Positions 24,607 through 38,477 of a stretch of 64,000 nucleotides of DNA are shown here, one piece after another. The DNA lies in contig OZ210885.1 in assembly GCA_964658305.1 (NCBI GenBank), forward strand, positions 19,344,001 through 19,408,000. The letters are read 5' to 3'. How positions within the stretch are numbered: position 1 is the stretch's first letter; each line of letters begins with the position of its first letter. Under the pieces are notes generated by a model. It was not told the origin of the DNA. It made no database searches and saw nothing but the letters and a program-made list of their open reading frames with translations. This stretch comes from Leptogorgia sarmentosa (Eukaryota). Made by a program: the position numbers and the translations under genes.

Positions 24607-25740
24607 TTTAACAATTATACCATGAGCTCGAGTCGTATATGAGCTGATAGCCGACGAGGCGCAGCCGAGTTGGCTATCAGCCATATACGACGAGAGCGAA
24701 TGGTATAATTGTTTTATTATATAGACAAAAGGCGAACATTATAAAATTTATTAAAATCATTCATTTGAGGGAAACGCTCAGCCATTTTCAGCCATTTTGT
24801 TTTAAGCTCACTTGAGTGAGATAATTAATTCGTCCTACTCACTATACAGGGTGTATCAAAAAAAACGCAATCCAAGTTTAAGGCTTTATAACCAAAATAA
24901 TATAGATTTCCATGTCTTAACTTTTAGTTCATGTTTTAGCCCTATCTTTTTTCTACTCAATAAGTGGTTGATTATGACTTTTTAGGCCATTTAGGACTTC
25001 AAAATAAGTGATTTACTGCAAGCAGTAATTTTTAGATGCTTCTAATTCGACGTTCTTAATTCCGAAGGGGACGTTATCGTTGCATGCGAATATTTTGTTT
25101 GAAATATTTTCGCGAAATAATTTTAAAGTCTTAGGCATCATGCCACAGCTCACTACAGCAGAAATAACTTTTATTGTTGAAGGTTACTTTGTAACAAAAA
25201 GTATTCAGGAAGTTTTAAGATTGTTTCGAATAGCTTTCCCGGATCGACAAGTCCCAAATTCGACGACCGTTTGGCGTAACGTACTTAAATACCGGCAGAT
25301 ACAGCTTGAAGCAGATGCTTTACATGGAAATCATGAACTAATAAGAAGAGTTGCACGGGAAATGCAACGTCGAAGTGATTTGTGTGTGGTAAGAAAGCCA
25401 GGCCACGTTGAATGATTGTAACCAACTAAAGTTAAATTTTTAATAAATTCAAGCTATCTCAAATTTTAAATTGTCCAATCACACTTACTAAAAATATGAT
25501 TACTCGCTCATTTCCAACTCAAATTTAACAAACAAGCAGTCTTAAGAAAGCGGAATGATAGAGCTTTCTAACAGTGGTAAATATAGCCTATTTTCTAATA
25601 CTTTTCGTTATGAAAATTGCATTTGAACGTAGGATTGCGTTTTTTTTTATACACCCTGTATATGAAGTAATAGCTAGTGAGTAGCTCAGCCAATCAGATT
25701 ACAGAATATCTCATATATAGTGCTTGTCTATATAATAAAT
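24607..25740. mobile_element. Non-autonomous hairpin element (possibly Crypton-type)
   Basis: About 105-bp terminal hairpin aacaattatacca...tggtataattgtt. The adjacent ttattatatagacaa pairs with ttgtctatataataa at the far end. Confidence 0.55.
24847..25658 (+). mobile_element. Internally deleted Tc1/mariner element
   Basis: TIRs cagggtgtatcaaaaaaaacgcaatcc; TA TSD. ORF 25140-25415 is an N-terminal HTH fused directly to a transposase C-terminus. Confidence 0.85.
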
Positions 25741-25749
25741 ACGTATATA

Positions 25750-26524
25750 CAGGGTGTATCAAAAAAAAGTTTACTGATGAAAAACATTCTCTAAACAAAC
25801 GAGTGCTCAAAATTTCCAAAAACTTTCGGTTAGCATGGGTAATTTAACACCCTCTGGTATATCTAGCACTAAGTTTATTTTAAAAACAAACTTTTTCAGA
25901 ATGGGAAATGTGGATACTAAAAGGCCCATTAAAAACGGCTTGCGCGGAAAAAATAAGTTTTCTTCACACAATTTGATTTAATCGGATGAAAATATGGAGT
26001 ATGATATACAAGCTATTCAAGTTTTGAGAAATTTGGTGCGCGCTGAGACGAACGTGCTATGTCCGAAAACTGGATTTTGCGTTCTTTCCTGCGTGATTGC
26101 CAATTAATTTATGCAAAATTGGATATTTGCATTAATTGCCAATGCAAATTGCAAGCTAATTCCCAAAGGTCCATAATTACGCGAAGAAATTGCGCAAAAT
26201 CCAGTTTTCGGACATCGCACGTTCGTCTCAGCGTGCACCAAATTTCTCAAAACTTGAATAGCTTGTATATCATACTCCATATTTCCATCCGATTAAATCA
26301 AATTGTGTGAAGTAAACTTATTTTTTCCGCGCAAGCCGTTTTTAATCGGCCTTTCAGTGACCACATTTCCCATTCTAAAAAAGTTTGTTTTTAAAATAAA
26401 CTTAGTGCTAGATATACCAGAGGGTGTTAAACTACCCATGCTAATCGAAACTTTTTGGAAATTTTGAGCGCTCGTTAGTTTAGAGAATGTTTTTCATCAG
26501 TAAACCTTTTTTTGATACACCCTG
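25750..26524. mobile_element. 775-bp almost fully palindromic Tc1/mariner-type MITE
   Basis: cagggtgtatcaaaaaaa termini, TA TSD, arms complementary up to a centre near 26137. Confidence 0.9.
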
Positions 26525-26978
26525 TATATATGTATTTTTCTTCAATAATGCAATTTATATGGAAATTAAATGAAAGTTGTTTTATGATGATGTAATATTG
26601 ATACACTAACCGCGCGAAAACAGGGAAAGAATGATTTATTATTATTAACAAATACTTTATTAGCATGACCTTAAAATTACAGGCATTGCCAAAGTAGTGG
26701 CATTATCTATGTACTAGTAAGTAACTAAGTAAGATAATATATAACATAACATAACAACAATTTGGATATTAAGTAGGAAGATATTAGTGTGATTAGGAAG
26801 CTATATATATGACTATCGTGTAGTTCATAGTGTTTTTTTTTTGTTTTTTTGTAGTATAATTAGTATAATGATTAGTATATTAAATATTAATATATAGTAT
26901 TTTGAAATAGAGTGAAGATCAAGCGTTTCAATGACATTTGTCTCTGACTGAAAAGCATTTTGAGATGAAATTTGAAAA

Positions 26979-28270
26979 TAGGTACACAAAGTGTACATGT
27001 ATCTGCGCCTATGTAGCTTGATGATCAAGTCTTATTTGTTTTCAGCTTTTCGATACACGCATCTTATCTGTCCCTAATACGCGATCTTGCATGTATAAAA
27101 TGGTTTATTGCTAGGGAATAGGCGAATAGCGCAAATACTAATTCCTTTCAAGTCGTGAGGTTGTGCGGAGACGTATTCAATAGTTGATATAAGCTTTCAT
27201 GACTATCTCGCATTCCGAAATTCCCGCGATCATATATCAAATTGCATAAGGATTTGAAACTTGATGACATATGATATCGCATTTTATGTTATTGCGTCTT
27301 CAAAATAGACACAGCGCTTTGCGATTGTTTGTGAAAAATGTGGCTCTCTAAAAACCAAATTTACCCTTTTCAATACCGTATCATAATAATATATTTATAT
27401 ACAATATATTCGGTCCATTCATGCACATTTGCGTAGACGCTAAAGTGTATGTATGATTGGTATGCGCATTGCGCGTAGGTTCAAAACAGAATACTTGAAA
27501 CTATATATGATTTCGTTTGTTTTGTCTCGCGCTTAATAAATGCACAAACCCGTTTTATTACAAACTACGAAATCTATTTTCCTGGGATTGAATGTTTCAA
27601 CGATTCCGTATGGCGAAGCGTCAAAATATAGTAGATATTCCGTGATCACAATGACACTGCGGGCAGTCCAAACATGTACAGTGTGTCAGTGCCGACACGC
27701 TAAAGTATCGTAGGGAAAATATACGTGCTATTGTGTCAAGACATTAAACTCTTTTATGATCATCAAGATGATATTTTTGCTTTGATGATCTAAATTGCAT
27801 AGCGAACGCGAACCTCTTTAATTAATATCTTTAAAAGCAATGCCAATGTCTGCAATTTGCGTCATGATATTTTTGCGTATAAATTTCCTTAGTATAAATA
27901 GTGTTCTAAACGGCGCAAACGCTCATAAATTAACCTCTATTTCAGTGAAGTCACTCGTCGCTGCGAACATTATATTTCTTTTTATCTGGATATTCATGCG
28001 AAACAAAATCCACGATCAAACAGACAAACACATCACCACTCTTTAGCTCGCCCCTATATCAGCCGCCATTTTGTAATATTCAGCCCGCAAGAACTCCACG
28101 TTGGTTCCCTTAAATTTGCGGGTGGGCTCAGTGAGAATTAGGTCATCTCAATGGTACATTGTCGTCTATTGGCTAAATTTAACTAACGAATTCGCTGATT
28201 GGCTGCAAGTTAACAGCTAACAACTAACAGCTAACAACTCGATAGCAATATATCTGCTGCGCAGATACAA
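26979..28270 (-). mobile_element. Non-autonomous Helentron (HINE) inserted in the LINE 3' region
   Basis: Sub-TIRs gtatctgcgc (26999) and gcgcagatac (about 28259). 3' hairpin gtacac-aaa-gtgtac. Inserted in an A/T run. Body is similar to 52235-53245. Confidence 0.8.
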
Positions 28271-28571
28271 AAAGAGATTTGTCAGCACTTGGTCATTGTT
28301 ACTCATTATGTGCATTAACAAATCTTCTTTGGTTTTTGCTGTTAATTGCATTCAGAAAATATCTTTTAGGATATTGTTGGAATTCTCCCTGAGGTTTTCG
28401 TATTTTTGAGTGAAATTCGGTTTCAATTGAATCACTATCGCAGTGGTTACAGATTCTTTCTTCTCTTGGAATTTGATGGTATCTACCATATTCTATTAAC
28501 AATTTATGGTTGCTTATTCTGAATTTTGTGTACATTCGTCTTTTGGATGGACTTTTTATCGTGTTTAAGTA

Positions 28572-29060
28572 CAGTACCGACCACGGGAAAGTTAACAATC
28601 CTGTATCCCGTCCCGCAGGCAGGAATCCCACGGGATTAAAATTCTGCTCTGAAATTCCGTATAATTCCGCACAATCAATACAAATACATAGTAATTCTAC
28701 CCCTTCACCTTCTAAAATTCGCAATATTTGCGATGGTTTATAACCTTCTTCCTTCAATTTCACAATCCGCTCTTTGCTGTGGTGGTTAAACCTTCCCATT
28801 TTGGCGTGGAGTTGTCAACAGTTTCAAATTTGAAAGTCATGTAACATATATACGTAAACAAATACTATTGTAACCCAAGCGACGCATTTCCCTTCCCACG
28901 CTATGGCATGCATTCTCGTCCCGCGAAAAAATTTTCCCACGGGACTAGAAAGCTATCCCGCGGGATGATTTTTTAGTCCTGCGGGACAGAAATCCCATCC
29001 AGTGGGACGGGAATCCTGTCCCTCGGGACGGGACTGTTAACTTTCCCGTGGTCGGTACCG
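28572..29060 (-). mobile_element. Tc1-like MITE in LINE ORF2
   Basis: TIRs cagtaccgaccacgggaaagttaaca; TA TSD splitting the LINE codons D-Y-L. Residual HTH start MGRFNHHSKERIVKLKEEG. Confidence 0.85.
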
Positions 29061-29138
29061 TAATCTTCGGGTTGATATTTTTTCTTAAATTTGCTGTAGA
29101 AAGAAAGTTTTGACGAGTTTTCGATTTGTTGTTGCCAG

Positions 29139-31260
29139 CAAATCTTAATGACAAAGAAAAACACCGAGATAAAAATAACAAACTTGACACAGAGATAACC
29201 GAATCAGAAATAATAAAAACAGCAACGAAACTAAAACCAAAAAAAGCAGCATACTCAGATAAAATAAAAAACGAAATGATTAAATCTAGTGTTGACATCC
29301 TGATAAAAGGATTTACCAAATTATTCAACATAATTATAAAATCTGGCAAGTTTCCAAAACTATTGTGTGAAGGTCTTACTACCTCGATTTTCAAATCGGG
29401 TAATAAACTGGATCCCAATAACTACAGAGGAATCTGTGTGTCAAGCTCTCTAGGAAAATTCTTCTCCCTAATCCTTAACAATAGACTGAATTTTACTGAA
29501 CAAGAAAAAGCTATCCATCCTTAGCAAATAGGTTTTATGCCAGGCAACAGAACAGCCAACCACATACTAACATTAAAAACAATTCACGACAAATATATAA
29601 AGCAACAAAACAATGAAAAAATATACGCCTGTTTCGTAGACTTTAAAAAAGCATTTGACTCCATCTGGCACGATGGACTTTTCTTAAAACTACTAGAAAA
29701 CAAAATAGGAGGAAGATTCTATGATCTGATAAAAGATCTGTACACTAATACTAGATGTGCAGTGAAGATATCAGATCATAGAACACCTTTCTTTTCTTAT
29801 AGTAAAGGAGTTCGTCAGGGTTGTGTCCTAAGTCCTCTACTATTCAACCTGTACATCAATGAATTACCACTATTATTTGAAAAAATTGCCTCTGATCCTT
29901 TCATACTGCCGAACAGTACCGCAATAAACAGTCTTCTCTATGCCGATGATCTGGTGATACTGTCACGGTCAAAATATGGCCTCCAAAACTGCTTGAATGT
30001 ACTTCACAACTGGAGCGAAAAATGGCTACTAGAAGTGAATCTCAAAAAAACGAAAATTATGATTATGCAAAAGCACAAATCAAAACCAAAAAACATACAA
30101 TTCCACATCGGAAAAAATCCAATTTCTATTACCCATGAATATACATACCTAGGCCTGAAACTAACACAAAATACAAAATTCAACATCGCCAGTCAACAAC
30201 TCAGCGAAAAAGCAATACATGCTATGTACAAAATACGTAAAAAAAATGATTTTCACCAACTACCACCAAAACTAGCCTGTAAAATCTTTGACAGCGTGAT
30301 CTCCCCAATACTGCTGTACAACTCAGAGGTTTGGGGAGCATACAATGCCAGAGATTTTATAAAATGGGACAAAACCTCAACGGAAAAAACACATCTAAAA
30401 TTCTGTAAACTATACCTGGGAGTCAATAGAAAAGCCAGCAATGCTGCAAGTCGAGCAGAACTTGGAAGATTTCCGCTGCTACTCCCCATAATCAAAAGGA
30501 CATTAAACTATGTCATGAACCTACAAAAACTCCCCGATTCATCAATCGCAAAACTAGCCTTTATTAGTTCAAAACAACTATATCTCGAAGGAAAACAATC
30601 ATTTTACTCGAACATTGTAAACTTTCTTAAAAAACAATTCCCCACACTAACTGAACCAATAGACCTAGAAAAATTTCTCACCAACACCGAAATAAACACT
30701 ATAATGGAAACAATACGAAACAACTACATCTCAGACTGGCAACAACAAATTGAAAACTCATCAAAACTTTCTTTCTACAGCAAATTTAAGAAAAAATATC
30801 AACTCGAAGATTACAGTACCGACCACGGGAAAGTTAACAGTCCCGTGCGGGACGGGATTCCATTCCCGTCGCATGGGACGGGATTTCTGTCCCGCGGGAC
30901 TAAAAAATCATCCCGCGGGATAGCTTTCTAGTCCCGCGGGAAAAAATTTTCGCGGGACGAGAATGCATGCCATAGCGTGGGAAGGGAAATGCGTCGCTTG
31001 GGTTACAATAGTATTTGTTTACGTATATATGTTACATGACTTTCAAATTTGAAACTGTTCACAACTCCATGCCAAAATGGGAAGGTTTAACCACCACAGC
31101 AAAGAGCGGATTGTGAAATTGAAGGAAGAAGGTTATAAACCATCGCAAATATTGCGAATTTTAGAAGGTGAAGGGGTAGAATTACTATGTATTTATATTG
31201 ATTGTGCGGAATTATACGGAATTTCAGAACACAATTTTAATCCCGCGGGATTCCTGCCTG
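29139..31260 (+). repeat. Inverted duplicate of the LINE RT region plus a partial copy of the MITE
   Basis: 29139-30813 is the reverse complement of about 32818-31258 plus 29138-29061. 30814-31260 is the reverse complement of 29060-28616. Confidence 0.9.
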
Positions 31261-34200
31261 AGATGTAGTTGCTTCGTATTGTTTCCATTATAGTGTTTAT
31301 TTCGGTGTCGGTGAGAAATTTTTCTAGGTCTATTGGTTCAGTTAGTGTGGGGAATTGTTTTTTAAGAAAGTTTACAATGTTCGAGTAAAATGATTGTTTT
31401 CCTTCGAGATATAGTTGTTTTGAACTAATAAAGGCTAGTTTTGCGATTGATGAATCGGGGAGTTTTTGTAGGTTCATGACATAGTTTAATGTCCTTTTGA
31501 TTATGGGGAGTAGCAGCGGAAATCTTCCAAGTTCTGCTCGACTTGCAGCATTGCTGGCTTTTCTATTGACTCCCAGGTATAGTTTACAGAATTTTAGATG
31601 TGCTTTTTCCGTTGAGGTTTTGTCCCATTTTATAAAATCTCTGGCATTGTATGCTCCCCAAACCTCTGAGTTGTACAGCAGTATTGGGGAGATCACGCTG
31701 TCAAAGATTTTACAGGCTAGTTTTGGTGGTAGTTGGTGAAAATCATTTTTTTTACGTATTTTGTACATGGCATGTATTGCTTTTTCGCTGAGTTCTTGAC
31801 TGGCGATGTCGAATTTTGTATTTTGTGTTAGTTTCGGGCCTAGGTATGTATATTCATGGGTAATAGAAATTGGATTTTTTCCGATGTGGAATTGTATGTT
31901 TTTTGGTTTTGATTTGTGCTTTTGCATAATCATAATTTTCGTTTTTTGAGATTCACTTCTAGTAGCCATTTTTCGCTCCAGTTGTGAAGTACATTCAAGC
32001 AGTTTTGGAGGCCATATTTTGACCGTGACAGTATCACCAGATCATCGGCATAGAGAAGACTGTTTATTGCGGTACTGTTCGGCAGTATGAAAGGATCAGA
32101 GGCAGTTTTTTCAAATAATAGTGGTAATTCATTGATGTATAGGTTGAATAGTAGAGGACTTAGGACACAACCCTGACGAACTCCTTTACTATAAGAAAAG
32201 AAAGGTGTTCTATGATCTGATATCTTTACTGCACATCTAGTATTAGTATACAGATCTTTTATCAGATCATAGAATCTTCCTCCTATTTTGTTTTCTAGTA
32301 GTTTTAAGAAAAGTCCATCGTGCCAGATGGAGTCAAATGCTTTTTTAAAGTCTACGAAACAGGCATATATTTTTTCATTGTTTTGTTGCTTTATATATTT
32401 GTCGTGAATTGTTCTTAATGTTAGTATGTGGTCGACTGTTCTGTTGCCTGGCATAAAACCTATTTGCGAAGGATGGATAGCTTTTTCTTGTTCAGTAAAA
32501 TTCATCAGTCTATTGTTAAGGATTAGGGAGAAGAATTTTCCTAGAGAGCTTGACACACAGATTCCTCTGTAGTTATTGGGATCCAGTTTATTACCCGATT
32601 TGAAAATCGAGGTAATAAGACCTTTACACAATGGTTTTGGAAACTTGCCAGATTTTATAATTATGTTGAATAATTTGGTAAATTCTTTTATCATTTATCT
32701 GAGTATGCTGCTTTTTTTGGTTTTAGTTTCGTTGCTGTTTTTATTATTTCTGATTCGGTTATCTCTGTGTCAAGTTTGTTATTTTTATCTCGGTGTTTTT
32801 CTTTGTCATTAAGATTTTGGACAATGTTTCATGTTCTTTGGTTAATTTTGGGTTACTATGTAGTTTGGAAAAATGATCGAGCCATTCATTTCCTTTTAGG
32901 TTATTGTTGGGATCGTTATCATTCCCTTCATCATCTGATGCGTTTTGAAGCGTTTTCCAGAAAGAATTGGGACTTTCTTCCGCAGCCTTTTCTAATTCAA
33001 TTAATTTGTCATTTTGAAATTTCTCTTTTTTTCTCTCTAAAGTTTCTTTGTAAGTTTTGAGAGCAGTGTGGTAGGCTTGTCTTATAGCTGAGTTTGTTGG
33101 GTCCCTATGTTTTTGGTTTGCGAGTTTACGTAGTTCATGTCTCTTAAATCGACATTTCTTGTCGAACCATTTTTTGTTCATTGGGTTGTTTATTTTTCTT
33201 CTAGTTTTCTTTTTTCTTATTTTTAGGGATTTTTTGGCTGCATCGGTTAGAATACTTTGGAATTCTGTTGCACAATCATTGACTCCTTTTTCGTCGTCAG
33301 TGAATGTGGACTGTATGAAGTTATCGAGTTTTCTTTGAATATCAGTTGATTTTAGAGTTTGTCTGAAATTGATTTTTGAGTTTTCGGACCAATCAAATTG
33401 GAGTGGTAATTTATGTAAAGGAGTTTGTTCAGGTTTGGGCGAGTTTGTTTCGTTTTTGTGTAGATTCTCATTAATATCGACCCATGCAATTATTTGGCTG
33501 TGATCTGACATTCTGTAGTAGTTCTTGACTGCAGATTATATAATCTACAGTACTTGTACTATTGTTGCCATGAAAGGTGGGTCTTCCTAAGGAGTCCCCT
33601 TTGGTCCTTCCATTTAGGATTCTTAGGTCATTGTTTTTACATAGATTGATTAGTTGTAGACCATGGTTATTTGTAGTGTTATCGAAGTTGTCTGTTTTTT
33701 GATTGTATGATTTCATTGCTCAAATCATTAATATAGTTTGTTCCATCCTTGGAAACGAAATCATCAAGTGTACTAGTTCTTCCATTGAAATCACCTAGGA
33801 TCATTATATTTCCTTTGGATTCAAAATGAATTATATCATTTTCAAGTTCATCAAATATTTCATTGTCAAAATAGGCAGATTTTTCTGGTGGTATGTAGGT
33901 ACCACATAGAAACAGATTTTGGTCTACATTCAGAATTTCTTTTGAAATTTTACACCATATAAAATTTTTTGATTTTTTAACTATTGAGACATAATTCTCA
34001 AATTTGTTTTTTATCAACAGGGCTATACCTCCTGATAATCGGCAAGCCCTGTTTTTGTTCTGGGTAGCTGTGTCTGAGATAAATGTCTTGAAGCCAGGTA
34101 TACTGAAAACTTTGTTAGACCAAGTTTCAGTTAATAGTAGAAAATCTATGTTTTTGATATGGTTCACAAAGTCATTGTTATTAACTTTTTCACCAATAAC

Positions 34201-34385
34201 CTTGTGAGTCAGACCATGTATATTCCATGCACTAAAAGATATGCTTGCAATCATTATAATATCAAGGTGTATGTAGTATTGATATTATAGTTACCTATAT
34301 TAATATTCCCTAAAAAGTTAGTGAGTTGATATATATATAGTATTGTAATATTAATGGAGTTATAAGAAACTATTGATGTTGTTAA

Positions 34386-35276
34386 TTAAATAACATACCT
34401 ATTCAATGTCCTGATCAGGTTTATTAGATCTTGAGGTAGAAGTGGTCCTGAGTCTTTAGTCGCCATCAATGGTTGATTGGTCTTGGGAAAGTGGGTCGGT
34501 CGGCTGGTCATTCTTGGGATGTGACGAGGGTCATAAGGGGTTGTGGGAGGGGTTGAAAGGGGCCGGTGGGAGATTGTTGTATCTTGTGTTTCTCTTGGTA
34601 TGTATTTGTTCCTGTGGTTGGCATACTTGCTGGTGCCAGTGGTGGTATTCCTGTTTCTTGGTGATGTTTTGAAATAGGCAGCTTTCAGGTTTAGGGCAAA
34701 CAGTCGCACTCCTGTTTCATTTAGATGTTTATTGTCCTTCATGTGAGAGGTTCTTTGTATGTTTTTGTGGTTTACCAGTTCTGTATTATGTTTGCTGGAG
34801 ATCATTTCTTCAAGTTTTCTGTTTAGATTCATGGCTTTTTGGTTCAGTTCATCGTTTCGAGGGAGGAGAGTTGATATGATAATCCGACATTCAGGGTGCT
34901 TGGTTTGTATACTTCTGATGGTTTCGTTCATGGTGTTTGTTAGTTCGTCATTGGATTGCTGTCTTTCGAGGTCATTGGTGCCGCAGTGGATCATGAACGT
35001 TTTAGGAGAGGTAAATGTTGTGTTTTCAATAATGGATTTAGCTTTGGTGATGGTAGGGCATCTAATGTAGCTTGTTTTGGTATCTGGACAGAGAAGATTG
35101 GTATTTATGTATCGACCATTACTGTCGCAGAGAATCACTGTTGTTGCCGGGTTGACTCGAGTGTCTTCTTTGGATTTTTTTGTTTCATTGGGTTTGGTAG
35201 GTGGGTTTGATTCTGTGTTTATGGGTTGGGGGTTGGGTTGGGGGTTGGGTTGGGGGTTGTGTTGGTTTTCGTTCAC
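34386..35276 (-). CDS. LINE ORF1 with SGNH esterase-like domain
   Basis: VILCDSN, HCGTND, DNKHLN motifs; lies directly upstream of ORF2. Confidence 0.8.
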   Translation of the reverse strand: MNENQHNPQPNPQPNPQPINTESNPPTKPNETKKSKEDTRVNPATTVILCDSNGRYINTNLLCPDTKTSYIRCPTITKAKSIIENTTFTSPKTFMIHCGTNDLERQQSNDELTNTMNETIRSIQTKHPECRIIISTLLPRNDELNQKAMNLNRKLEEMISSKHNTELVNHKNIQRTSHMKDNKHLNETGVRLFALNLKAAYFKTSPRNRNTTTGTSKYANHRNKYIPRETQDTTISHRPLSTPPTTPYDPRHIPRMTSRPTHFPKTNQPLMATKDSGPLLPQDLINLIRTLNRYVI

Positions 35277-38200
35277 ATCGTTGTGGTTATTTTCTGTTGT
35301 TTCATCCGGGAGGGGGTCAAATTTGTTAGATATTGGGATGGATGGGGTTGTCTCGGTTGGGGTTGTGTTTGTATCTTGGGCTTTTGTAGTTGATGTTCCC
35401 TAATTGTCTCAGAAGCTCTGTATTTCTTTTTTCCAGTAGTTTGTATTTGGTCTTGAGGTCTTTGAACTGTGTTTCCATGACAGTTTGAAAACTATGAGTA
35501 TGTGCATGTGTATAAGTTGAATGTTTATTTTATATCCAATTTTGTTATTCAAACAAATATAATGGGATTATTCTTTCTTCTAATAGTGGTCTTGATTTAA
35601 ATCATCATTAGGGTAATGAAAGCTTTGACACTTTGGTGCATGTTGTTTATGCTACTTGCACCTTGTTTTTCGCTAAAAAGGAATTTTTATTATGGCCTTC
35701 AATGACCTGGTCAATATTTTGTTGAGTTGTTTGAAAGGAAAATTCAATAGTTTTATAAATATATGCTAGCGTCTCAGTTTAATGCTTCAGTCTTTTTTAA
35801 GCTTTTTTTATCGATATTAGAAAGAGATAATTGTTCAATAGGCAATGTTTGTATGATCTTCACGTATGATTAATTTGGGTATAATTGCGCAATATGCATA
35901 AAGTGTAGCTATATGCAGTCAGATAAGTTTGAGCACAACTTTCGCTCATGCATGCGTTTGATTGATTTGTATAGTGTTGAGCCAGAAAATGATGTGTGAT
36001 TTCTCCTTATTGGTGATTTTGTTATATATAATTTATATTTCAACTAAAAGTGAGTGTTATTTGAATATTTTCAAGTAATACTAGTTATAGTACCAAAACG
36101 TTTTTGACATCAGCGAAAATAAATATACTTTATACTGAGAATTCATACAAAACTTATAGATATCTCCTGATGACTGGAATCAAGCCAATAGTTTTGTTGA
36201 TTTGTTGTACCAGATTGTATCATAGTTTAAAGCTATAATACTTTGTTATATATGTTTTTTCACTATATTAGATTTGTTAAATGTTATTTACAATATTGAA
36301 TAAGGTGCAGAGTCTCCATTGAAATTGTATGATCCTATCCTTCTCGTATATTTTGTTAGAGTCATTAAATTATAGGTAATTGTTGAAATTGGAAGTTTGG
36401 CACCTTCGTAACTTTGCCTGTTTTTGTTGCCACCGAACATTCCTGTCAGTTTCTAGTGCCAGTCTTCTGACCTTGTTTACACTGGGTGTTGTCGTATGTG
36501 TCAACCTAATTTTCTGCTCGGTCGATCAAATTCATGAAAGTTCAAAACTTATATGTCCTAACAAAATCTAATAGGAATTTTTTGTGTATATACGTATATA
36601 GAATTCTTTTAATAATGCAACTTGTACAGGGAAATTAAACAAATTTTTCTCTTTTTTATGACATAATATTGATACACTAACCGCGCGAAAACTCGCAAAG
36701 AATGATTAACAGTTTGAAAACTATGAGTATGTGCATGTGTATAAGTTGAATGTTTATTTTTATATCCAATTTTGTTATTCAAACAAATATAATGGGATTA
36801 CTTTTTCTTCCAATGGTGGTCTTGATCTAAATCATCATTAGGATAATGAAAGCTTTGACACTTTGGTGCATGTTGTTTATTGCTACTTGCACCTTGTTTT
36901 TCGTTAAAAAGGAATTTTTATTATGGCCTTCAATGACCTGGTCAATATTTTGTTGATATGTTTGAATGGAAAATTCAATACTTTCATAATTTTTCATACA
37001 AAAGTTTAAGGTTATTTTTGATGAACAGTATAATTGTTTAATACGCATAGTTGATCTTCGTCTATGGTCAATTTTGGTATAATTGTGCGATCGATACACA
37101 TAAAGTAGCTATCAGACAAAACTTTCGCTTATGCATGCGTTTGATTGATTCGTATGGAGTGTTGGTTGAGTCAGAAAACGATGTGTGATATCCACTGTCT
37201 GATGTGTGATTTTGTTATGTATCATTATACTTCAAATAAAAATGACTGTTATTTGAATAGTTTGAAACAGTACTATAGCTATACTAGCAACACATTCTTC
37301 ACGTCAGTGAAAATATGCTTTGTACTGATCGAAAATTCATACAAAACTTAGATATTTGGCGATGACTGGATCAAGCCAATTAGTTTAATTTTGTTGATTT
37401 GTTGTACCAGACTGTATCATAGTACGAGTGGTTGAATGTTATCTGGTTTTAAAATGCGTAACAAGAGTTTATAATTAAATAATCAATCAACTGACTAAAA
37501 GGATTAATGAAGTGTTAAGTGCATGTTTACAGTGAATTTTCAGTTACGTAAATAAGATCCTTAGTATCATAATTCTTTATACAATTTCTATTATTCAATA
37601 TTCTTGATGTCAATTTTCATAGCTAAGTATAATACAGGTTCTTAATCTCAGCTATATACTTGCGCAAGTTTAAAATAATAATTGAGCAACTTATATTTTA
37701 ATATGAATTGTACTATCATCAAAATCAAAATAAAAGTAAATGTTTGCGTGCGTGATGTTTCTTATCAATCATTCAGGTTTTAAGTCTGCCATGTAAAAAG
37801 CCATTGTATGGGGTATGTAATTGATGACATTGACAATAGTGAAATAATTACACCTTTTCCCATGCGCGTGTTCGCAAAAGCTATGATTTGATTGAAGTAT
37901 TAGCTAATTACCTTTACGAATGCACATTAAATCACACTTCAGGCCGAATGCAATCTTTTCATACATGCAGGAAGTTATTTCAGAATGAAAAGTTAAGAAA
38001 CATACGTTGACTTATGGACTCGGATAAGGTTAAGAATGACAAAAGCAAACTGTCCGAGTATATGCCGTATAATAAGTTGAAGGGCAATATATTTCCATAG
38101 GCATAACAAAGGTTGGTAAATAAATTGTTTGCGGAAAATACAATTCTAATTTTATTTCAATACCGTTGAATTTAAAGAGCATTCGAAATTTAGTAAATAT

Positions 38201-38477
38201 GAATTTATGGAAGTATAGCTAATATAAAAGTATACCAAATTTGTCTACTTTGCAGAATATATTTTCCGTATTTTACGATATTTTAATTTGTAGCTTGACT
38301 AGCTACTAAATTTAGGATGCTGCTCAAGGCTGTTGTAATGAATCATCTCGAAAGTTCAATTTCAACAAATATAAAATATACGAGAAGGATAGGATCATAC
38401 AATTTCAATAGACTCTGCATATACTATCCAATAGTAAATAACATTTAACAAATCTAATATAGCAAACGAATAAATAT

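Larger units (their letters stand above)
28273..34254 (-). pseudogene. LINE ORF2 (AP endonuclease-RT), fragmented
   Basis: ORFs 33679-34254 (APE), 33471-33716, 32759-33511, 31930-32694 (RT), 31193-31969, then 29138-29063 and 28571-28273 (C-terminal Cys/His). Confidence 0.85.
26637..35478 (-). mobile_element. Non-LTR retrotransposon, RTEX-like (esterase ORF1, APE-RT ORF2), 5'-truncated and rearranged
   Basis: AATAAA plus (TAA)n tail at about 26637-26661. ORF1 has SGNH-like motifs. APE WNIHGL..ETW..GDFN; RT QGCVLSP/YADD; C-terminal RISNHKL.IE.GRY..R.C..C. Confidence 0.85.
23603..37425 (+). repeat. Three diverged direct copies of a 0.9-1.2-kb unit; the middle copy is split by MITEs and the LINE
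   Basis: ttctagtgccagtcttctgaccttgtttacactgggtgttg occurs at about 23603, 24471 and 36451. atgatt (26636) joined to gacagtttgaaaactatgag (35479) rebuilds the unit. 35479-36225 parallels 36708-37425. Confidence 0.8.
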
